Source of the DNA: Pecten maximus
Taxonomy: Eukaryota
Length of the DNA stretch: 64,000 nt
Assembly: GCF_902652985.1 (NCBI RefSeq)
Contig: NC_047023.1
Span: forward strand, 33,108,001 to 33,172,000
Direction: 5' to 3'
Shown here: positions 55,101 through 64,000 of the stretch, piece by piece
How the letters are laid out: every line of letters begins with the position of its first letter
Position numbering within the stretch: position 1 is the first letter of the stretch
Program-made: the position numbers and the translations under genes
Notes under the pieces: generated by a model
Database searches by the model: none
Told to the model about the DNA's origin: nothing
The model's input: the letters and a program-made list of their open reading frames with translations, nothing else

Positions 55101-58100
55101 TTAATGCCAACTCAATAGTTATTAATTTTAGCATGTATATAGTGTTACTGTATTTCTCCTGAAATAAGGCCAGATTGTTTAATGTAGATGGATGGGCTTA
55201 TTGCACGCCAATGAAATAACATTTGATTGTTTCTTTACTGAACTGTACACATGAGTGGGCTTATTACGGACATTGGCTTATTACGGGACATGGGTTTATT
55301 ACGGGACATGGGCTTATTACGGGACATGGGTTTATTACGGACATGGGTTTATTAAGGGACATGGGTTTATTATGGACATGGGCTTATTACAGGACATGGG
55401 CTTATTACAGGACATGGGCTTATTACGGGACATGGGCTTATTACAGGACATGGGCTTATTACGGGACATGGGCTTATTACAGGACATGGGCTTATTACAG
55501 GACATGGGCTTATTACGGGACATGGGCTTATTACCAGACATGGGTTTATTACCAGACATGGGGCTGTCACCGGACAAGGGTTTATTAAAGGGTATGGGCT
55601 TATTACCAGACATAGGCTTGTTACAAGGCATGGGTTTATTATCAGGTATGGGCTATTTACTAGACATGAGCTTATTACGGGACATGAGCTTATTACCGGA
55701 CATGGGTTTATTACTAGGTATTGGCGTATTCCCAGGCTTGGGCTTATTACCAGGTGTGGGCTTATTACCAAGCATGGTCTTCAGCATTGGGTTTATAACC
55801 AGGCATGGGCTTATTACCAGGTGTGGGCCTATTACCAGGTGTGATGAGTACAGTAAAAATAAAAGTTATACAAACCTGATGTTTTTGTCCTTGGCTATAG
55901 GACCTGTGGACTGGACCTCTGTGACCTGTGTATAACCTTCAGCTGTGACCTTGACTTTCATCCCTAATCCTAGAATACCTTTCAGCACATTGACCTGGAA
56001 TGGTTCCTCCTCTGACCTTGAAGATTTAGCATCTGTTGAGGAGGTGGAAGAGAGAGCAGACCCATGCAGTGTGGACAGAAGTGAAGGTTTCGTGTTGATG
56101 GTGGTGCTGTATTTCACAGGCTTGGGCTGGAAGTTAGTGTTGATCTTCAGTGGTTTAATGGTGGACAAAGGTTTCATGTGACCTGGCGTCGTTGTTCTCT
56201 GGGACCTTATGGTACTTAGAAGACTTGGTTTGGTCACAGCTACTGATGTTGTGTATTTTGTTGGCTGTTTTGGTGCAGATTCTACAGAAGCATCCTGTAA
56301 CTTCACTGCTTGGACTTCATCACCTTTTTCTGATCTATGTGGTGCACTAGATGAAACTGTTGAAGGGGGAGCAGAAACAGACGACCTTGGGGAAACTGTT
56401 GGAGATTTAACAACAGATATTTTGGTTGTTGATAATTCGGATTCTTTCACAGGATCCACAGATGATGTCACTCCTGGAGATAAAGCCCTAGGGGACAGAG
56501 ATGGAGACTTTCTCCCGGGTGACACAGCCCTAGGGGACAGGGACGGAGAATTCCTCCCTGGTGACACAGCCCTAGGGGACAGAGATGGAGACTTTCTCCC
56601 TGGTGACACAGCCCTAGGGGACAGGGATGGAGACTTAATATCCGGAGACACAGCCCTTGGAGACAGGGATGGTGACTTCCTCCCTGGAGATACAGCCCTA
56701 GGGGACAGAGACGGGGAATTCCTCCCTGGAGAAACGTCTTCCCGTGACCTTGGAATAGGAGACTTGGCATCAGGAGACCTCTGAACAGGCGATCGAGACA
56801 GCAAGGTATCATTGCTCGACTTGATGACGGGAGAACGTGGTGAAACAGAGGGCGACACTGTAGGTGATGTTGATGATTCAGAAACACCTGGTATCATTGG
56901 CTTGTCTCCACTTATGTCTGTATCCATTAACACAGCATTTTCTAAGGTCACAGCATTTTCTAACGTCACAGCATTTTCATGAGTCAGAGGCAGATTAAGA
57001 TTACTATCTTCACCTACAGTGTTTTTAAAATCATCAGAGACACATACAATAGTTTTGTGGGTTGGCTGATTCGTGTCTAATGAACCTCTGTCTGGTGAGA
57101 CATTTTCATCAGCAAATTCCTCTATTCTTGGAGTGATGATATGTTCGTTTACAAAAGAGTCCTCCTCAGAACTTTGCCTTTCCTGGTTTCTGTCAACAGT
57201 GATGTTGACAACATTTTCACCCTGAACAGGTGAATACCTATTTCCATTATCAACAGGTGTGACATTTTCACCTGACACACGTCTAGACTTTTGCTCGTTA
57301 TACACAGGTGTGACAGAGACCTGGTTTACTGGCTTGACAGTAACACCACTAACCTCTGTTGTAGAAATATTTAGTTCATTTTTATCGGACTTCAAGTTAG
57401 ATATGACATTCAGCAGACCACTATTATGTTCATTATCGACAGAATTTGATGATTTTGCCCACTTATTTGCCATAAGAACAAACTGAACACCACCGCTCCA
57501 AGAATTTTCACGTGTTGCTTTCTCAGGAACAATAAATGTCTCCTCGATATCGGTACCAATTTTTTCTACCAGGACTTTTGAACTTTCTTCTTTCTTAACA
57601 TGAATGGGGGAAACCATTTCCTCCATGCTTTCTTCTGATTCACTTGATTTGGACTTCCGTGGTTGAGGTTTTGGTCGCTGTGGTATTTTTTCTCTTGGAG
57701 GACTTGTATCAAGATGTGGTGTAGGAAAGTCATATATAGGTGTTTTCTTTTCCCTCTGAATTGATGCTGGAATGATAACCCCTTCATCAACAGAAGATTC
57801 TGGGAGGTCAAACACTGAAGCAGGTATGTCACTGGACAGACTGTACTTGGCCCAGTTAGGAGGGGCAGACATTTCTCTCTTCACCTGTACTGGCACAATT
57901 CTTTCATCATCACCTGAATCTTCCACCACATTTTTGCCTAACTTTGTGTCTCCATGAATAACATTTGTCACTTGATTTGAAGGAGCGTTTCTCTGTTTGA
58001 TTTGAGGGCTGCCTTGTGTACGAACATTGGAGTGTGATTCAGGACTACTTTGTTTGTGAGATACAATAGAGTCATCCTCCGATGTTAAATAGCTATCAAA

Positions 58101-59063
58101 TACATCCATCACTTGCCTTTGTTCTCTAAGTGTGTCATAGCCATAATTGTTCATTGATTTATCAGGGACTTCTAACAAACCTCCATCACTATTGGTCGGC
58201 AATTTTACCTGAGAAGGTGTAATATCTATTCCGTTTTGTCTACTTAAGTCTATTTCCAATTCTTGTGGACTTTCCTGAATTTGTGTCAAGGAGTTAACTC
58301 TTTTCCTTTCTTGTGATCGATCTAAGCCACTAGAAGCATCTACAGGCTGTAAATCTCTTTTGACAGGTTCAATCCTTGGTGAAGCAGGTCCTGAGATAGA
58401 TGGTGCATAGTCACTGAGAATATCATCAATATTTGTTGTTGGGACGTGTTCATCCCCAGTATCCCCAGCCTCACTCATCAATCCCGCATCATCAGAAAAC
58501 TCAGCGGGAGGTGGCAGTGCCAGACTCCAAGGATCTGAGGAATTTGATGCCATTTTTGCCTTGACAAGTTTTTGGTGTTGAGATTTTAGAGAGTAGTCAG
58601 AATCCTGATCGGACACATTGGATTCTGAAGTATGTCGCTGAGGCGGATGTTTAGTTGGAGCACGATTTTGTAGCTTTACGTTCTGAGCGAACACTTGATT
58701 CACACTATCGGAATTACCTTCGCTGCGATTAAAATGAAATCCACTCAGAACCACATCATTATCACTTTCAGATTCAAGTCCAGAGTTCGGATAAATCTCC
58801 TGTTGGTTTGATGAAGAAACTTTTGATTCTTTTGATCCTACCCCATTGGCAACAATCACCGATATTTCCATAGGAGTGTCATTCTCAGCTTGACGGAGAA
58901 CTTCAAGTTCAAGGTCACCCTGTTGAGCCTCAGTTTTGAGAATACTCAAACATTTAGCCTGGGCAAGATTTCGTAGACTAACTCCATTGCAGGACACGAG
59001 TCGATCTCCAACTCTGAGTTTAGTGGACCTTGCTGCAGCTCCACTCGGCAGTAATCTCTTTAC
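43120..59063 (-). CDS. Large multi-PDZ protein of the PDZD2/pro-IL-16/big bang family (3' part, about 2408 aa; 5' exons not located in window). Exons 59063-55876, 52231-52077, 51740-48808, 45341-44729, 44242-44072, 43286-43120
   Basis: Four PDZ segments: VKRLLPSGAAARSTKLRVGDRLVSCNG; GILGLGMKVK...GPIAKDKNIRTGDYILAINNT; SIGVRLTIG...LAGKDGRVVSGDVLLSVNG; and terminal GLGFLIEGGKASPRGDMPLTIRRII...EAWQHLKFLDEGEVRLKIWRRK (IL-16/PDZD2-like). These are separated by long Ser/Pro-rich linkers. Phases consistent (2,1,0,1,1); 7227 nt open to TGA at 43120-43122. Confidence 0.85.
43559..44012 (-). mobile_element. Internally deleted mariner (Tc1/mariner) element, 454 bp, in the last intron of the PDZ gene
   Basis: ~35-bp TIRs (cgagggctgattgataagttgt[c/g]agcctc...), TA target duplication at 43557-8 and 44013-4, transposase start MDKIG (ATG 43834), fragment IEHPPYSPDLTPSDFHLFPKLK and C-terminus IDTEGDYVEK*. 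Confidence 0.92.
44340..44600. repeat. ~34-37-bp degenerate repeats (acctgtgttaagagacc-tctctatttaaaggtc), probably Tc1/pogo MITE interior; related motifs at 60570-60880
   Basis: About 6 units; similar gtggtctttata/gacaggt motifs in the opposite orientation near 60.6-60.9 kb. Confidence 0.5.
45810..47295. repeat. ~95-bp C-rich minisatellite, about 15 copies, PDZ gene intron
   Basis: Marker cagtac recurs at 45951, 46046, 46135, 46230 and 46327. Confidence 0.95.
54165..54374 (-). mobile_element. pogo/Tigger-like MITE remnant
   Basis: Minus strand begins ta-cagtcaaacttcattaactcgaactcggataactcgaa, a typical pogo-type TIR; the partner TIR is not evident. Confidence 0.55.
55255..55843. repeat. 18-bp minisatellite (ggacatgggcttattac[a/g]), about 32 copies
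   Basis: Tandem units, degenerating towards the exon donor at 55875. Confidence 0.92.
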
Positions 59064-61431
59064 CTGGAAATAATCAAATCAGTTGATATAATCTTTGCCT
59101 ATTATCAGAGGCTTTTTCAGAACTATCTTGTCTATTTATTTATTATGTAAGAAAAGTATAAAAGAAAAGAGTATTTCATAAAATACATAGTTCAAACATG
59201 CTTGCAAGGAATGCTATGCCTCTTCATTTTTTTTTTTTTTTTTTAAATATAAACCTCAAGTCTTCATATCCTTGGCTATAACTATGGTGGCTCAGAGGGA
59301 CTTAATACTGACAGAAACAAAGTAAAAGCCGTAACTTCATTTTTATGACATCAAAATACCCTAATCTTTCTAGTATTTCCACTAAACATGTCTGTATTGG
59401 TACCACTCGGGAATCACAACAAAAAGACATTATTGTATGAAAACGTTCAAACAGGTAAAGAAGCAATTAAACAGTTGGATTGAGTTCAAGATGAAAACAT
59501 TCAACCTTACCTAAACCATTCAGCTTACATATTTAACAGTTCAGTCTGAGACAGTTTATAAAGATCACCATTAAAATTTAAAGGAATTCACAGACACTAT
59601 GTCCTGCTGTCCCGTCCCGTTTTACGTACATAAACACTACCTGTAACTCTGTGCCCTAGTACCATGTCCTGTTTCACCTAACGATAAGGCTGAGTATAGT
59701 CTAATTATAATGGATAAACTTCAAACACTTAATCTCACATATCCTTCAAGAAAATAAATCTAGATTTTTTCTTTTCAGAGAAAAAAGCCTGCAGCGACAA
59801 ACATGTCATATATTGCTTGTAGGATTGTTGAATTTTAAATCTGAATCATAATACATATTCTGAATAGGGCTTATACACCAGTAAGAAATACTGTCAAGTT
59901 TTCTTCTCTGTTTTAAACTCCAAGGATAAAAGTTTGTTTGATTGGTATTTTGCTTTAAAGCATGTTGGTATACCACTTTTATAGAAATCACTCGATCGTT
60001 TTGGGAAAATTTCACCAATTCATTTTGTGTGGTAATTATACATGTACATCCATTTCCACCAATGTACATGCACATCATTTATAATATTTTCACCAAGTTT
60101 ATATAAAATAAATATCACATTTATAAAATATACACAAAGCGTATTTCGTCTTCATTCAAATAACAATACAGCTGTGCAGTGATGTATGACAAAAATATAC
60201 TTCAACTAAAATTTATTGTTATTTTGTGGTGAGAAAACTACATTTGATATCCCCCCAGGTGTAGAACGGAATAGCTATGAAGTTATCTATACTTAATCGT
60301 GTTTTCATGCCATTGAAGTCTTACTTACTGAGGTAAAACAAGTAGGTCATACAGAAAATCATTATGCAAGAGTTTTACTATGTTTTGATATGGTTTAGTT
60401 TGTGTGATAATATCTTAGATATACATGGCCCTACAGACAGTGAGTGAGAGAGGAAGGAGAGAAAGAGAGACAAAGAAGATTATATAGTTTTTTCTCACAG
60501 GTTGGTTTTGTGTATTCAGTATAAACAGGTATTTCCCAGTCAACCAAGTCTATAAAGCGATGATAACTGTCAACAAATGGTCCTTGTAGACAGGTAACAG
60601 GTCTGTATTACAAAATTAACAGAGGTCTCTATAGACAGGTGAAATACCTTCAATCTGTCAGTAATAACAGAGGTCTCTATAGACAGGTGAAATACCTTCA
60701 ATCTGTCAAACAAGGCGATGTTTATTAATGAGACAGACAACATCTCTATTCTGTACTAATGTGGTCTTTATACACAAGTACTGAGTCTGGAATCTGTATT
60801 TTAGAATATGTGGGTTTTATAGACAGGTGATGGCCTATATTTTGTATTAATTAACAGTTAGACATGGTATACAGGTACTTTCTTGAAGGTGAAATTGTGC
60901 AAAATAATATCATATGTTTATCTGCCTCTACACTGCTTATAATCTCTATTTCCATTAAAAATTGACATAATCATATAGGACATTGCCGCTTTTTTAACAA
61001 ATCCAAATTAGTATATAAGCTTTATAGGTTTATATGATGTAAAACCTGCCTAGGACTCTATAGTCTTTGATAAAGTATATATGCAAAGTTCGTCAAGCGA
61101 CAGAACAGGTAATACAAGTGTATCTGAGAGATCACAAAAAAAAAAAAAAAAAAGCACAACTTAGGGTGTGCAATGCATTTTAATACATTGTAAATAACTC
61201 CAAAATGAAATAATGTTTAGGAATCTTTTGAAAATTTTTAGTTTCACATGGTGATTATATTTTCTATGCCACCAGCTGGCGACCAGTTGATACTGGAAAA
61301 AGATAATTAGCTATATTTGTTTACCGAGGTCTTTACATTCCCTCCATAAACTCTTTTAAAGCCTATGTGGTGAATAAACAAGTTTGGGAATCATAGCAAT
61401 GATATTCAAATACACAACAGTAGTCTTCAGA

Positions 61432-63120
61432 GAGACATCCTCACACAGACATCCTCTCACAGACACCCTCTCACAGACATCCTCACACAGACATCCTCAC
61501 ACAGACATCCTCTCACAGACATCCTCACACAGACATCCTCACACAGACATCCTCACACAGACATCCTCACACAGACATCCTCTCACACAGACATCCTCAC
61601 ACAGACATCCTCACACAGACATCCTCACACAGACATCCTCTCACAGACATCCTCACACAGACATCCTCACACAGACATCCTCACACAGGTATCCTCACAC
61701 AGACATCCTCACACAGACATCCTCTCACAGACATCCTCACACAGGTATCCTCACACAGACATCCTCACACAGACATCCTCACACAGACACCCTCACACAG
61801 GTATCCTCACACAGGTATCCTCACACAGACACCCTCACACAGACATCCTCTCACAGACATCCTCTCACAGACATCCTCTCACAGACATCCTCACACAGAC
61901 ATCCTCACACAGACATCCTCTCACAGACATCCTCACACAGACATCCTCTCACAGACATCCTCACACAGACATCCTCTCACAGACATCCTCACACAGACAT
62001 CCTCACACAGACATCCTCACACAGACATCCTCACACCGACATCCTCACACAGACATCCTCACACAGACATCCTCACACAGACATCCTCTCACAGACATCC
62101 TCTCACAGACATCCTCACACACACATCCTCACACAGACATCCTCTCACAGACATCCTCACACAGACATCCTCACACAGACATCCTCACACAGACATCCTC
62201 TCACAGACATCCTCACATAGACATCCTCACACAGACACCCTCACACAGACACCCTCTCACAGACACCCTCACACAGACATCCTCTCACAGACATCCTCAC
62301 ACCGACATCCTCACACCGACATCCTCACACAGACATCCTCACACAGACATCCTCTCACAGACATCCTCTCACAGACATCCTCACACAGACATCCTCTCAC
62401 AGACATCCTCACACAGACATCCTCACACAGACATCCTCACACAGACACCCTCTCACAGACATCCTCTCACAGACATCCTCAACACAGACATCCTCTCACA
62501 GACATCTTCACACAGACATCCTCACACCGACATCCTCACACAGATATCCTCACACAGACATCCTCTCACAGACATCCTCTCACAGACATCCTCACACAGA
62601 CATCCTCTCACAGACATCTTCACACAGACATCCTCTCACAGACATCCTCACACAGACATCCTCACACAGACATCCTCTCACAGACATCCTCACACAGACA
62701 TCCTCTCACAGACATCTTCACACAGACATCCTCACACAGACATCCTCACACAGACATCCTCACACAGACATCCTCTCACAGACATCCTCTCACACACACA
62801 GACATCCTCACACAGACATCCTCACACAGATATCCTCTCACAGACATCCTCACACAGACATCCTCTCACAGACATCCTCTCACACACACAGACATCCTCA
62901 CACAGACACCCTCTCACAGACATCCTCACACAGACATCCTCACACAGACATCCTCACACAGACATCCTCTCACAGACATCCTCACACAGACATCCTCACA
63001 CAGACATCCTCACACAGACATCCTCACACAGACATCCTCTCACAGACATCCTCACACAGACACCCTCACACAGACATCCTCACACAGACATCCTCTTACA
63101 AAATCCTCTCACAGATATCC
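61432..63120. repeat. 14-bp minisatellite (acagacatcctcac), about 120 copies, probably intronic to the PDZ gene
   Basis: Directly visible; source of the spurious 278-aa ORF. Confidence 0.95.
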
Positions 63121-64000
63121 CCTCTCTCATGAAATGCCTTTTTGGTCACCTTGAAGGTTGACTTGACACTATCAGATTTTTTGTAAATATGTTTCCTTAT
63201 GTAACATCTTAAAATGTTTTGTCTAAATGTCATTTTCCTCATATTGTCGAGTGTTTAGTACAGGTATACACAGACATATGTTTACCAGTGGAATGACCAG
63301 AAGCAAGTAATCACTCATCAGTCGACAGTTCTGACCAGGATTTCAGGGTCAAAATTCCTCAACATGAAGAAATCGCTCAAGCATGACAATTGATCAAGGT
63401 AATGCACACTTACAGACTCAATCACATGATGTCTAATTGAAACCAGACCTTGTCATGTTATGTCCCTTACATATTTAGGTAGCTTGGCAAGTAGCACTGT
63501 ACCATATTGTGTATTATTCCTTTTTGCAATGGCAACCTTCTTGTTTTTTAGAAAGTGCTTGTCTAGAACATCATTTACAGGCATCAATTTACTTGAATGA
63601 CCTGTAATGTGGTTTGAATTATGTAGAAACGTCTTATTTGCATTTAGAAATAGATAAATGTAAATTAGAATCATTTTACTTTTTGCAACGAGATCTCTGC
63701 ACTTGATGAACTCTGCATGTGGTAATTAAGGAGATGTACATTTTCTGACGTAATTATAAACCCACATCTCATTTTCTATTGAACTTTTGTTCTTAATGCA
63801 TGTAAAATTTTAATTTGAAGTTTTGTAGTTTGAAGAAAAACTTTTTTTTCATAAGATATGTTAAAACTCTATAAATCAATCTTACAAATTAAATAAAGGT
63901 TGCAGAATGCACAATAATTTTAAACTTCAACACAAAATTACAACTTTCACAATGTATGATTTTTGTTGTAAATGTATTTACCTCATAAGATGGAAATGCC

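Noticed and set aside
49487-57957. Plus-strand ORFs opposite the giant exons
   Set aside because: Antisense shadows of long coding exons; no independent motifs.

Overview
Eukaryotic, AT-rich, intron-containing animal DNA; gene content and repeat types suggest a marine bivalve mollusc (inference, not proven). Four spliced protein-coding genes were reconstructed by hand with GT-AG junctions and consistent phases: (1) a 744-aa hillarin/KY-like transglutaminase-fold protein with a C-terminal dynein-stalk-like domain (- strand, 1650-17231); (2) GOLPH3 (- strand, 283 aa); (3) CFAP161 (+ strand, 287 aa), head-to-head with GOLPH3; (4) the 3' ~2400 codons of a large PDZD2/IL-16-family multi-PDZ gene (- strand), whose 5' end was not found in the window. 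Introns carry many minisatellites, a 28-bp satellite with a 1584-bp higher-order repeat, SINEs, HINE/pearl-like elements and MITEs. Most long ORFs in the ORF track are translations of these repeats. No prokaryotic system, CRISPR array, rRNA or tRNA gene was seen. The most unusual observations are: a mariner derivative with telomeric TTAGGG at both internal deletion junctions; tandem arrays built from splice-donor motifs; a catalytically dead transglutaminase fused to a dynein MTBD-like module; and an IL-16-like terminal PDZ preceded by DxxD sites. None is proven to be a novel system.
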